Source: an uncultured virus (IMG/VR IMGVR_UViG_2922252024_000010) (Duplodnaviria > Heunggongvirae > Uroviricota > Caudoviricetes). Taken from it: a stretch of 64,000 nucleotides of DNA. The stretch lies in the IMG/VR virus record IMGVR_UViG_2922252024_000010; one strand, given 5' to 3'. The notes under the pieces are model-generated. The model did no database searches. It worked only from the letters and a program-made list of their open reading frames with translations, and was not told the DNA's origin. How positions within the stretch are numbered: position 1 is the stretch's first letter; every line of letters starts with the position of its first letter. This document shows, one piece after another, positions 47,555-57,242 of this stretch. A program made the position numbers and the translations under genes.

Positions 47555-47757
47555 CGGATGAACTGGACAAGGCCAGCGGCCTTGAGATGGCTGACCGTGA
47601 ACGGGCATTAAATGCTCGGTTAAACAGGGTTAAAGAATCTCCTGACATTCCCGGTCACTGCAACGACTGTGGTGAAGAAATTGACCCAAAACGACTGGCG
47701 GCCATGCCGGATGCAGTGACCTGCATTGACTGTCAGACACTCAGGGAGACGGCATAA
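47551..47757 (+). CDS. TraR/DksA C4 zinc-finger protein
   Basis: D..D.A, CNDCGEEI...RL...CIDCQ. Confidence 0.9.
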   Translation: MTDELDKASGLEMADRERALNARLNRVKESPDIPGHCNDCGEEIDPKRLAAMPDAVTCIDCQTLRETA

Positions 47758-48063
47758 ATGGAGTGGGAAACCGTAAGAAGTAACTGGGCTGTCATCTGGG
47801 CCGGACTGATGTCCGGTATCAATATTATCCACCTGCTGCTTGTGAAAACCTATGCCCGCCGGGAAGAGATGGAGAAAGTTAACAGCCGGATGAGTGCACT
47901 TGAAAAGGCCATCGACGGGATGCCGTCGCGACAGGAACTCCACCAGTTGCAACTGGATATGAGCAACCTGCGCGGCGAAATACGGGAGTTCTCCGGAATG
48001 CTCCGGCAGGCCACACGTATCAGCGATCTGTTGCTGGAAAACGAACTGAAGGAAAAAAATTAA
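47758..48063 (+). CDS. Mu gp25-like (DUF2730) protein
   Basis: N-terminal TM, coiled coil, LLLENEL C-terminus. Confidence 0.78.
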   Translation: MEWETVRSNWAVIWAGLMSGINIIHLLLVKTYARREEMEKVNSRMSALEKAIDGMPSRQELHQLQLDMSNLRGEIREFSGMLRQATRISDLLLENELKEKN

Positions 48064-48069
48064 GAGGCT

Positions 48070-48363
48070 ATGAGCATGCAAGAAATCCTCAACAGCGACC
48101 AGCGTCTGGTCATTCTGCGCTCACTGGTGGAGTGCGGAGACAGTGCAAACGAATCCATTCTACAGACCTGCCTTCAGACTTACGGCCATCGGGTTTCCCG
48201 TGACACCGTCCGCACCCTCCTTGCGTGGCTACGTGAACAGGGACTCGTCACCCTGTCAGATGTCTCCGGGTGTTACGTCGCCGGCATCACAGGACGCGGT
48301 GAAGATGTGGCCTTCGGGCTGGCGACAGTCCCCGGCGTCAAAAAACCACGTGCGCGGGAGTGA
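48070..48363 (+). CDS. Mu gp26-like protein
   Basis: DQRLVILRSL...ANESIL...WLREQGLV...PGVKKP. Confidence 0.85.
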   Translation: MSMQEILNSDQRLVILRSLVECGDSANESILQTCLQTYGHRVSRDTVRTLLAWLREQGLVTLSDVSGCYVAGITGRGEDVAFGLATVPGVKKPRARE

Positions 48364-48740
48364 CAATGGAACGGGCCAGAATACTTCAAATGTTAATGAC
48401 CTGCCGCCAGCAGGCGGAACAGTTGCGCCGCCTGTCAGGTCTGGCGGAGCGTCGGGAGTCCGGTGAAATCGGCATGTCAGCGAATGCGCTTTTTCAGGCC
48501 GCTGTGATTATCGAATCCCTTATCAGTGCAAATGAAAAAGCACTGGAAGGCATTGCGCGGCTGGACCGCTCTGAAACCCAGCTTATCGGAGAGCGTGATC
48601 AGGTCATCGCCGCACTGGACAGCATGTATGAGGCTGTAACCGGTGCGCCTCCGGAGTGGAGCACCGCATTTGGCTTTACGGATGCGATTAACGACGTGAC
48701 AGAGCGTATTTTTGAACTGGAGAATATCAGCCATGCCTAA
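48360..48740 (+). CDS. Hypothetical protein
   Basis: Coupled ORF; PEWSTAFGF motif. Confidence 0.7.
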   Translation: MTMERARILQMLMTCRQQAEQLRRLSGLAERRESGEIGMSANALFQAAVIIESLISANEKALEGIARLDRSETQLIGERDQVIAALDSMYEAVTGAPPEWSTAFGFTDAINDVTERIFELENISHA

Positions 48741-49011
48741 ATCCCTTAAGCCACTGAGCAGCAGCCAGCGTGACATTATCCGGAAAATGGCCGCCATTCT
48801 CGTCTGTGCGGAAATTGAAGTCAGAGCCATTGCACCACAGTTTGAAAAATCGACGGGTAAAAAATACAACTCCGAATCCGCTGATTCGTATCTGAATACA
48901 TTCCTCAACAACAACCCGGAATACAAACGCGTCTGGAAGCTGCTGCTGAAAGACAAATCCAGCGTTGAACGTGACTTCCTTGAACGTATGAGGAGGGAGA
49001 ATGGCAAGTGA
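48733..49011 (+). CDS. Hypothetical protein
   Basis: GGAG RBS; overlaps both neighbours. Confidence 0.7.
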   Translation: MPKSLKPLSSSQRDIIRKMAAILVCAEIEVRAIAPQFEKSTGKKYNSESADSYLNTFLNNNPEYKRVWKLLLKDKSSVERDFLERMRRENGK

Positions 49012-49579
49012 ACGCCAGACGCGCGGACGACCTTCAAAGATTGATTTGCTCCCGGATGCGGTCCGGGAGCAACTGCATCAGATGCTGCGCGATAAACGAC
49101 ATACCCAGGAAGAAATCCGCGAAGCTATTAACGAGCTGATCAACGAATATAACCTCCCGGAGGACATGCAAATCAGTCGTACCGGTCTGAACCGCTACGC
49201 AAGCCGCATGGAAACGATGGGGTCAAAGATTCGCGCTTCCCGCGAGATGGCTGAAATATGGGCCTCAAAGCTTGGTTCTGCACCGACGTCAGATGTCGGG
49301 AAGTTACTGCTGGAGTTTGTTAAAACACTGGCTTTTGAAACCTCAATGGAAATGGCTGACAGCGATAAAACTGTCGAACCAAAGGCGCTGGGTCAGCTTG
49401 CTCTTGTTGCCCAGCGACTGGAAGCCGCTGCGATGGCAAGCCACAAACGCGAGAAAGAGATCCAGCAGGAGTTTGCAAAAAAAGCCGCTGCGGCCGCAGA
49501 GACCATAACCCGTTCAGCTGGTTTGTCGGCTGAGACTGCTGCCGATATCAAACGTCAGATTCTGGGGATTGCAGAATGA
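49001..49579 (+). CDS. Terminase small subunit (Mu gp27/DUF3486)
   Basis: RGRPSKIDLLP...ISRTGLNRY...ILGI. Confidence 0.9.
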   Translation: MASERQTRGRPSKIDLLPDAVREQLHQMLRDKRHTQEEIREAINELINEYNLPEDMQISRTGLNRYASRMETMGSKIRASREMAEIWASKLGSAPTSDVGKLLLEFVKTLAFETSMEMADSDKTVEPKALGQLALVAQRLEAAAMASHKREKEIQQEFAKKAAAAAETITRSAGLSAETAADIKRQILGIAE

Positions 49580-51159
49580 CAACGATGACGCCGGACAGAA
49601 CACTGACCAGTCAGTCTGCTGCCGCTATCCTGTCGGGTGAGTTCGACAAAAGCCAGCTGTTGCTTCCCTACCAGAAGCGGTGGATTGCTGACCCCTCTCA
49701 ACTGAAGATTGCCGAGAAGTCGCGTCGTACCGGTCTGACCTGGGCAGAAGCGGCTGACGCAGCCCTGAACGGCTCAATGTCGGTGGAGGCCGGCGGGTGC
49801 GATACGTTCTACGTCGGTACGACGAAAGACATGGCTCGTGAGTTTATTGATGCCTGTGCGATGTGGGCGAAAGCCTATGACCGCGCCGCATCCGGCATTG
49901 GTGAAGAAGTGCTGAAGGATGAAGACAAAGACATCCTGGTCTATGTCATCCAGTTCGCCAGTGGCTATAAAATCAAGGCACTGTCGTCTAACCCGTCGAA
50001 CCTGCGTGGTATGCAGGGTAACGTCATCATTGATGAGGCCGCATTCCAGGCTGACCTTGCAGCGGTACTCAAGGCGGCGCTGGCGCTGACAATGTGGGGG
50101 AATAATGTTCGCCTTATTTCCACCCACAACGGTATTGATAACCTGTTTAACACTATCATCACCGACAGCCGGGCCGGGAAAAAACGCTACTCTGTCCATC
50201 ATGTCGATATTGAAACGGCCATTGCTGAGGGGCTGTATCAGCGCATCTGTCAGGTCACAAAAAAAGTCTGGTCTGTGGAGGCCGAAGCGGAATGGCTGGC
50301 TAACCTGCTGAGCGACACGGCTACGGAGGAAGATGCCCGCGAGGAATACTACTGCGAGCCGAAGAACGGCGGTGGCGTCTATATCGCACGTTCCCTGCGC
50401 GAACGCGCGGCCAGAGGTCCGACCGTTGTCCTGCGCTTCACCGGTACGGCTGATTTTAACGCGATGCCGGACGGGCTGCGCCGTGTGGACATGCAGGAAT
50501 GGCTGGAGACGGTCGTACTTCCCGAACTGGAGAAACTGCCGCAGAACCTGCGCCACTGTCTGGGAGAAGACTTTGCACGTAACGGTGACCTGACCGTGTT
50601 TGCGCCGGTGACAGTCAACGATGACACGACGCGCAACGTCCCGTTCCTGGTGGAACTCAGCAATGTGCCATTTAAACAGCAGGAACAGGCGCTGTTTTAT
50701 ATCTGTGATCGTCTTCCCCGCCGCGACGGCATCAAGCTCGATGCGCGGGGTAACGGTCAGTATCTGGCAGAACAGGCGGCGGAAAAATACGGTGATGAAG
50801 TTGAGCAGGTGCAGCTTTCCGTCAAATACTACCGGGAAAACATGCCCCGGTTCCGTGCTGCATTCGAAGACAATGAGCTGGTACTGCCAAAGCATGAAGA
50901 TGTGATCACCGACCTCGGCGCTATTCAGCTTTATCGCGGCGTACCGGGCATTGATGATGCACGCACTACCGGCACCGATGGCCGCAAGCGCCACGGTGAC
51001 TCCGCTATCGCTATTTTTCTCGGTTTCCTCGCCAGTCGCGAGGACTGCCGGCGTTATGAAGTCCACAAGTTAAAGAAACCTTCCCGCCCCGATGAGCGTA
51101 ATGAACACCGTCAGGTCCGCATCACACGGGGTCTTAAAAATCAGCGGGGATTACTCTGA
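49576..51159 (+). CDS. Terminase large subunit (Mu gp28)
   Basis: LLPYQ, KSRRTGLT, IIDEAAF, ISTHNG, RHGDSA. Confidence 0.94.
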   Translation: MTTMTPDRTLTSQSAAAILSGEFDKSQLLLPYQKRWIADPSQLKIAEKSRRTGLTWAEAADAALNGSMSVEAGGCDTFYVGTTKDMAREFIDACAMWAKAYDRAASGIGEEVLKDEDKDILVYVIQFASGYKIKALSSNPSNLRGMQGNVIIDEAAFQADLAAVLKAALALTMWGNNVRLISTHNGIDNLFNTIITDSRAGKKRYSVHHVDIETAIAEGLYQRICQVTKKVWSVEAEAEWLANLLSDTATEEDAREEYYCEPKNGGGVYIARSLRERAARGPTVVLRFTGTADFNAMPDGLRRVDMQEWLETVVLPELEKLPQNLRHCLGEDFARNGDLTVFAPVTVNDDTTRNVPFLVELSNVPFKQQEQALFYICDRLPRRDGIKLDARGNGQYLAEQAAEKYGDEVEQVQLSVKYYRENMPRFRAAFEDNELVLPKHEDVITDLGAIQLYRGVPGIDDARTTGTDGRKRHGDSAIAIFLGFLASREDCRRYEVHKLKKPSRPDERNEHRQVRITRGLKNQRGLL

Positions 51160-52736
51160 TGTTTAAACAACTAACCGTACTAACCGGAGCCGTTCGCCGG
51201 CTGCTCAGTCCTGCCACGGGGGAAGTTGTCACTGTGAACAAGGACGAACTGAAGCAGACGCAATCCGCAGCGGCGGTGATGAGTGTACGTTCCCCTTCGA
51301 CAGGTATCAGCGTTGCCAGTACGCTGAGTCCCGGCAGGCTTGCGGGGATCTTACGTAATGCAGCCGATGGTCATGCGCGTGATTTCTTCATCATGGCGGA
51401 AGAACTGGAGGAACGTGACCTCCACTACGCCAGCGTTTTACGTACGCGCAAGCTGACGGTTTCCGGGATTGAACCTTCGGTGGAGGCCGGGAGCGATTCC
51501 CCGCGTGACGTGGAAATCGCAGATGATATCCGTAACCTCATGACGCAACCGCAGGTTCCCGAGCTGCTGTTCGATCTGCTGGACGGGCTTGGTAAAGGGG
51601 TTGGTGTCTGCGAAATCCTCTGGAATACCAGCACCACACACTGGAAACCCCGCGATTATGAATGGGTTGATCCGCGCTTTCTGATACCTGACCGGGAAAC
51701 CCTGCGTGATTTCAGGCTACTGACGGACAGGAACCCTATTGATGGTGAGCCATTGTCGCCGGGGAAATTTATCGTCCATAAGCCCCGCCTGAAATCCGGC
51801 CTGCCCTTGCGTAACGGTCTGGCGCGTCTGGTGGCCGTCATGTATATGCTCAAGTCTTACACCGTCCGGGACTGGTGGGCGTTTGCTGAAAAATTTGGCA
51901 TCCCGATTGTGGTAGGTAAATACGGCAACAATGCCAGCCCGGAACAAATCCAGACATTGCTGGATGCGATTGCATCACTGGCATCAGATGCCGGCTGCGC
52001 AATCCCCGATTCGATGAAACTGGAGATGCAGGAAGCGGCGAGCCGTAACAGCGGTGGCACTCTCTTTAAAGAGATGGCCGAATGGTGTGACGCGCAGATT
52101 AGTAAGGCCGTACTGGGGCAGACCATGACCACCGATGACGGCAGTTCACGTGCTCAGGCGGAAGTCCACAATGGTGTGCGTATGGACATCGCCAAATGGG
52201 ATGCCTGGCAGTTATCCAACACTCTGTCTGAATTCCTTGTCCGTCCCTATGTGGATATGAATTACGGGCCACAGGAGCATTACCCCCGCGTCGTACTGCG
52301 CATCAGCAAACCGGAAGACCTTAAGGTACTGGTGGATGCACTGTCGCCACTGATTGACCGGGGTATGGAAGTTCAGATGTCAGAGATCCGTGACAAATTT
52401 GGGCTGTCTGAACCGGAGAAAGGCGCAAAAATTCTGACACCAACGGCGCAAATGACTAGCCCGCTACCGGCCATGAACCGTGAGCAGACCGCGCTTAACC
52501 GCAGCCAGCCTGACGTTCTTGATATGATGGTGGATGAAGCGATGAATGACTGGCAGCGTACCGGCGATGCGTTCACCAGTCCGGTGCTTGAGCTGGCAAA
52601 GAAATCTGACAGCTTTGAATCTTTTCTTGCTGGCCTGCCGGCGCTTCAGAAAGAACTTGATGCTGATGAGTTTGCGACGCAGCTGGCGATGCTCTGTTTT
52701 AAAGCCCGGTCGCTGGGAGATGTAAACGATGGCTAA
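51159..52736 (+). CDS. Portal protein (Mu gp29/DUF935)
   Basis: EKFGIP..GKY, ISKAVLGQTMT, AEVH. Confidence 0.94.
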   Translation: MFKQLTVLTGAVRRLLSPATGEVVTVNKDELKQTQSAAAVMSVRSPSTGISVASTLSPGRLAGILRNAADGHARDFFIMAEELEERDLHYASVLRTRKLTVSGIEPSVEAGSDSPRDVEIADDIRNLMTQPQVPELLFDLLDGLGKGVGVCEILWNTSTTHWKPRDYEWVDPRFLIPDRETLRDFRLLTDRNPIDGEPLSPGKFIVHKPRLKSGLPLRNGLARLVAVMYMLKSYTVRDWWAFAEKFGIPIVVGKYGNNASPEQIQTLLDAIASLASDAGCAIPDSMKLEMQEAASRNSGGTLFKEMAEWCDAQISKAVLGQTMTTDDGSSRAQAEVHNGVRMDIAKWDAWQLSNTLSEFLVRPYVDMNYGPQEHYPRVVLRISKPEDLKVLVDALSPLIDRGMEVQMSEIRDKFGLSEPEKGAKILTPTAQMTSPLPAMNREQTALNRSQPDVLDMMVDEAMNDWQRTGDAFTSPVLELAKKSDSFESFLAGLPALQKELDADEFATQLAMLCFKARSLGDVNDG

Positions 52737-53523
52737 GCCGGTCAGCGATAAATACAGCATTATTCCCCAGGAAGCACTGGCCTGGCTGAAGGCGAAAAAG
52801 CTGAAGCCGGGATTTGATTACCGCGATGTCTGGATGGAAGAACACAGCATCGGCTTTACTGTGGCAAAGATGACGCAGCTTGATTTGCTGGCGGACGTTC
52901 GCCAGCTCGTGGAGGACGCACTGGAGAGCGGCCAGACCTTTGAGCAATTTCGCGAGGTTCTTAAACCTATGCTGGTCAAACGTGGATGGTGGGGACAGCA
53001 ACTGATGGATGATCCACTGACCGGTGAAACCCGTACTGTCCAGCTCGGCAGTGACCGCCGGATGCGCGTTATCTACGACACCAACATGCGGACAGCCCGC
53101 GCGGCGGGACAATGGCAGCGTATTGAACGGACCCAACGGGCAATGCCTTATCTTGTCTACACCGTCGGCCCCTCACGTGAGCACCGTGCGGAGCATCTGC
53201 GCTGGAAGGATGTCTGCCTGCCGGTGGATCATCCGTTCTGGCGAACACACATGGGGCCGAACGGCTGGGGATGCAAATGCGGTACACGGCAAATCAGCCG
53301 GTATGAGTATGAGCAGATGAAGGCCAACGGCACTATCAACACGGAAGCCCCTGAAGTGCGTACGGTCAGATGGGTTAACAAACGCACCGGCGAAGAAGAG
53401 ACCATTCCGGAGGGGATTGATCCCGGCTGGGCGTACAACCCCGGAATCTCCCGCAGTCGCGAGCTGGATGAACAGCTACGCAGAAAACAGGACGCGTTTG
53501 ACAGTCATTCGCCACAAAGATAA
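52729..53523 (+). CDS. Minor head protein F (Mu gp30)
   Basis: FTVAK, IYDTN, HPFW...PNGWGCKC, IDPGWAYNPG. Confidence 0.92.
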   Translation: MAKPVSDKYSIIPQEALAWLKAKKLKPGFDYRDVWMEEHSIGFTVAKMTQLDLLADVRQLVEDALESGQTFEQFREVLKPMLVKRGWWGQQLMDDPLTGETRTVQLGSDRRMRVIYDTNMRTARAAGQWQRIERTQRAMPYLVYTVGPSREHRAEHLRWKDVCLPVDHPFWRTHMGPNGWGCKCGTRQISRYEYEQMKANGTINTEAPEVRTVRWVNKRTGEEETIPEGIDPGWAYNPGISRSRELDEQLRRKQDAFDSHSPQR

Positions 53524-53534
53524 AAACCATCCCA

Positions 53535-53650
53535 CAACGCGCGTGGCGGCATTAACGATTATTACGTCATGACGGCACGTGAAAAAATCGTTAAACGCGC
53601 CACAGCGTTTTTAAACGTGTTTTAAACGCGGTTTCATGCCGCGTTTACAG
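53535..53650. other. Strong gyrase site (SGS)-like sequence
   Basis: AAACGCGCCACAGCGTTTTTAAACGTGTTTTAAACG resembles Mu SGS as recalled; intergenic, just upstream of gene I. Confidence 0.7.
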
Positions 53651-53695
53651 TGAAGCCGGTTAATCCACCTGCATCCCCGTTCCCCCCCACACTGT
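53646..53695 (+). promoter_or_regulatory. Putative late promoter (PI-like)
   Basis: TACAGTGAAGCCGGTTAATCC, then CACACT 21 nt downstream. Confidence 0.6.
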
Positions 53696-53726
53696 CCGGA
53701 AGTAAACAACGTGACCGGACAACACC

Positions 53727-54683
53727 ATGAACCCGAACAATACGGAACTGCTGGCGCTCTGCTTTCAGCTTCCTGACCTTACCGATGATGCATTGCCGGA
53801 ATGGCTGCCGATGATACCGGCGGGAACCTTTACAGGGCGTGATGGCCGTTCGTGGGTGAACAACAATCCGGAAGCCATCATTCGTGCCTCGATGGCTTAT
53901 CCAAAGCTCCCGTTTGATATCGAGCACTCTACCGAACTGAAAGGCCCGAAAGGCGATGAAGCCCCGGCTTATGGCTGGATTGACGGCTATCGCGTCAGTG
54001 ATGGCGTGGTGGAGGCGCACGTTGAATGGACTGATGACGGCATGGCGCAGCTGCGCGGCAAGAAGTACCTCTATTACAGTCCGGCCTTTCGGTTCACTGC
54101 GGACGGTCAGGTCACCCGCCTGTCCAGCGCCGCGCTGACCAACAAACCCAACCTTGATTTACCCGCACTCAACTCTGAGGAAAACACGATGACCGTACCT
54201 GTCCAGATTGTGACAGTGCTTGGCCTCGCGGCCACTGCCACAGCAGACGACGCAGTAAAAGCCATTCAGCAGATTAAGACCGCCGAGCAGGTGGCGCTTA
54301 ACCGCGCTGAGAATCCTGACCTGACGAAGTTCATTCCGGTAGAGACCCACCAGTTAGCACTTAACCGTGCGGAAAGCGCTGAAAACAAACTCAATGAGAT
54401 TGCCATCAAAGAATCAGAAGCACTGGTGGACAGCGCCATTGAGTCGGGGAAAGTCGCACCAGCCAACCGCGAAATGTATCTCGCCACCTGCCGCTCTGAA
54501 GAAGGTCGAAAGCGGTTTGCTGAATTCCTGAAAGCGGCACCGGTCATTGTCAGCAAGACCACGACGACCAAAAAAGAAAGCACCGAAGGTCACGCCTCGC
54601 TTTCTGACGAAGACCTCGCGATGTGCCGCCATATGGGCATCAGCGAAGAAGAATTCCTTTCCGTTCGTAAGCAGGAGAAATAA
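53727..54683 (+). CDS. Prohead protease I (Mu gp32) with probable internal scaffold start at 54189
   Basis: PAG.F.GRDGR, DIEH, PAYGW, YYSPAF, ALTNKP; in-frame ATG 54189 with GAGG RBS. Confidence 0.92.
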   Translation: MNPNNTELLALCFQLPDLTDDALPEWLPMIPAGTFTGRDGRSWVNNNPEAIIRASMAYPKLPFDIEHSTELKGPKGDEAPAYGWIDGYRVSDGVVEAHVEWTDDGMAQLRGKKYLYYSPAFRFTADGQVTRLSSAALTNKPNLDLPALNSEENTMTVPVQIVTVLGLAATATADDAVKAIQQIKTAEQVALNRAENPDLTKFIPVETHQLALNRAESAENKLNEIAIKESEALVDSAIESGKVAPANREMYLATCRSEEGRKRFAEFLKAAPVIVSKTTTTKKESTEGHASLSDEDLAMCRHMGISEEEFLSVRKQEK

Positions 54684-54686
54684 TTC

Positions 54687-55583
54687 ATGCAGGTATCCGC
54701 AGAAGTATTGCATGCCCTGACCACCGCACTGAGCGCCGCCTTTACCAAAGGTGTTGGTCGTGTCAATCCGCAGTATCGATCCATCGCCACGGTCATCCCC
54801 AGTTCCGGCGCGTCTAACACTTATGGCTGGGTTGAAGACTTCCCGACCATCAAAGAATGGATCGGGGCGCGTCAACTGAAAGAACTGGCTCAGGCCGGGT
54901 ATGTCATTACCAACAAGACTTGGGAAAACTCGGTCAAGGTTAAGCGCGAAAAAATCGAGGACGATCAGATTGGTCAGTATTCCGTGATTGCTGAGCAGCT
55001 TGGCCGCGATACCACGATTTTCCCGGACAAGCTGTCGTTTGAGTTGCTGTGCAAAGGTTTCGATACGCTGTGCTGGGACGGTCAGTATTTCTTTGATACC
55101 GATCACCCTGTTGGTGCATCCACCAAATCGAACGTTGTGGGCGACCCGGCGACCGATACGGGTGAACCGTGGTTCCTGATTGATGCGACGCATGCGCTGC
55201 TGCCCATCATTTACCAGGAGCGTCGTCCGTTTAACTTCATCGCCCTCGATGACCTCACCAGTGAGCGGGTGTTCCTTCAGAACGAATTCGCCTACGGGAC
55301 CGATGGCCGCAGCAACGTTGGCTTTGGTTTCTGGCAGACCTGTGTGGGATCAAAAGCCGCACTGAACAAAGCGAACTATGAAGCCGCGGTCTCCGCAATG
55401 ATGGGCATCACTGATTCTAACGACGAACCACTGGGCATGAATCCGACATTGCTGGTCGTCGGTAAGAACAACCGTGGCGCGGCCAAAGCGCTGATTGAAG
55501 CGGTTACGGCTGATGGTGGTGGTTCAAATATCTATTACAAGGATGTTGACTTGATGGTTTCACCTTTCATCAAAAAAGCGTGA
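54687..55583 (+). CDS. Major capsid protein T (Mu gp34)
   Basis: YGW...EWIG.R, IEDDQIG.Y, DGQYFFDTDHP, GFGFWQ. Confidence 0.95.
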   Translation: MQVSAEVLHALTTALSAAFTKGVGRVNPQYRSIATVIPSSGASNTYGWVEDFPTIKEWIGARQLKELAQAGYVITNKTWENSVKVKREKIEDDQIGQYSVIAEQLGRDTTIFPDKLSFELLCKGFDTLCWDGQYFFDTDHPVGASTKSNVVGDPATDTGEPWFLIDATHALLPIIYQERRPFNFIALDDLTSERVFLQNEFAYGTDGRSNVGFGFWQTCVGSKAALNKANYEAAVSAMMGITDSNDEPLGMNPTLLVVGKNNRGAAKALIEAVTADGGGSNIYYKDVDLMVSPFIKKA

Positions 55584-55666
55584 CGTCATTACGTAAAAAA
55601 TCACGTAACGCCGGATTAAGGAGGAGTTAATCCTCCTTTAAACCCACCCTGAATGAGGTTTAAAAA

Positions 55667-56260
55667 GTGAGTGGAAAAGTTAATAAGTCAGCCGCTGGTA
55701 AGACCGGAACCACTTCGGAAAAGAAAGACGACAAAGCAACGAAGGATACGTCTGTCCCGGCGCAACCGGCACCGGTGGCACCAGTTATTACTGATGACAG
55801 TCAGGCATCACAACCGACGGTTGCAGCTTCAGATGTCGCATCTGACCCGGAACCTGTACCCGGTGATAATGGAATAACGGTTATCCCGGCCACAGTCAGT
55901 CTTGTCACCATACCGGGTGAAAACACGGGTGATGACCTGAGAAAACATGTCTGGCGGGAAACGCTGGCCCATGACCATTCAGAGGCTGTTCGCATTGCTG
56001 AAAATGTCGTGGTGCTGGAGGTCCGCGCCATTCCGGAAAATGGCTTTCACCGGGCAGGCCGATTCTGGCCGCACGATACGGTGCATGTGTTTGTCAGCGA
56101 TAACCCGGATGAACAGATTCTGGAAGATGCCGGAGGTAAGCCGCTGGAGGGTTGCGTGATCAGTACCGACACAGCCCTGCGTCTGAAGGCTGAAAAGATG
56201 CTGATTGTGACCGAGCTGGCGACCGTTACCGGGACTGAAGCCGACGCGGAGAGCAAATAA
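55667..56260 (+). CDS. Mu gp35-like protein
   Basis: Low-complexity N-terminus; GFHRAG...L.AE.ML.V; synteny. Confidence 0.7.
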   Translation: MSGKVNKSAAGKTGTTSEKKDDKATKDTSVPAQPAPVAPVITDDSQASQPTVAASDVASDPEPVPGDNGITVIPATVSLVTIPGENTGDDLRKHVWRETLAHDHSEAVRIAENVVVLEVRAIPENGFHRAGRFWPHDTVHVFVSDNPDEQILEDAGGKPLEGCVISTDTALRLKAEKMLIVTELATVTGTEADAESK

Positions 56261-56700
56261 TGGGCATCTACGTAACGCGTGAAGACCTGCTGGCAACCGA
56301 TGGTGACCGCGTCTGGAACATGGCAATCAACAAAGAGACGCAGCAGCTTGACGAAGAAAAGATCCAGCGAGCGATTGATGACACTGATGCAGAAATTAAT
56401 TCCTTTCTGGCAAAGCGTTATCAGTTGCCGCTGAACCTTCCGACCCTGCCGAGTCCGTTGCGCCGGGCGGCGGTCTCCATCGCGTTCTACTGGCTGTCTG
56501 AACGGGACCATCAGATCACCGATGAAATCCAGAAGCGTTACGACGAAGCCCTCCGCACCCTGCGTGAAATCGCCAACGGCACCCGTGACCTCGGTGTGCC
56601 GTCTGACACCCCGGTCCCTGAGACCGACACAGGAAAGCTGATCATCGTCAGTGAAAACCGTCGTCTGTTCACCCGTAACAACCTGAAAGGGGTGCTGTGA
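56260..56700 (+). CDS. Head-tail adaptor (Mu gp36/DUF1320)
   Basis: YVT.EDL, EINSFL..RY.LPL, RYDEA...L..IA.G. Confidence 0.9.
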   Translation: MGIYVTREDLLATDGDRVWNMAINKETQQLDEEKIQRAIDDTDAEINSFLAKRYQLPLNLPTLPSPLRRAAVSIAFYWLSERDHQITDEIQKRYDEALRTLREIANGTRDLGVPSDTPVPETDTGKLIIVSENRRLFTRNNLKGVL

Positions 56701-57242
56701 TGGGAATTACTGTCGAGGTCAGAGGAGACCAGAAGTTTCAGGACATTCGCCGTGCGATTGAGCGACTGGCTGACCAGTCGCTGCAACAGGAGCTACTGGA
56801 GAGCATTGGCGCTGTGGTGGAGTCACAGACCCGCCGGCGCATCTCCAGCGAAAAATCCAGTCCTGCCGGCGAGAAATGGCAGGACTGGTCTGACAGCTAC
56901 GCGAAAACCCGACACAGCAACCAGAGTCTGTTACAGGGCAACGGCGACCTGCTCGACAGTATCCAGTATGTGGTCAGCGGCTCTGTCGTTCGTGTGGGTA
57001 CGCCACTTGATTATGGCCGGACGCATAACGAGGGTTTTTCCGGCTCGGTGTCTGTGTCAGCCCATAAGCGCCTCATCTCACAGGCATTTGGTCGGGCGCT
57101 TAAACACGGGGTATGGCAAACCGTGGGGGCGCATAAACGTATGTTAAACATCCCGCAGCGTGAATTCCTCGGCCTGTCCTCCGGGAACAGTCAGGAACTG
57201 CTGCACGTCATCGGGGATTTCTGGAATGAGGTTCTGCAATGA
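56697..57242 (+). CDS. Virion morphogenesis protein (Mu gpG-like)
   Basis: P.GEKW, L...G.L..SI, VGT..DY...H, IPQREFLG. Confidence 0.88.
   Translation: MMGITVEVRGDQKFQDIRRAIERLADQSLQQELLESIGAVVESQTRRRISSEKSSPAGEKWQDWSDSYAKTRHSNQSLLQGNGDLLDSIQYVVSGSVVRVGTPLDYGRTHNEGFSGSVSVSAHKRLISQAFGRALKHGVWQTVGAHKRMLNIPQREFLGLSSGNSQELLHVIGDFWNEVLQ

Noticed and set aside
49774..51066. 430-aa antisense ORF
   Set aside because: Shadow of the terminase gene; no motifs or RBS.
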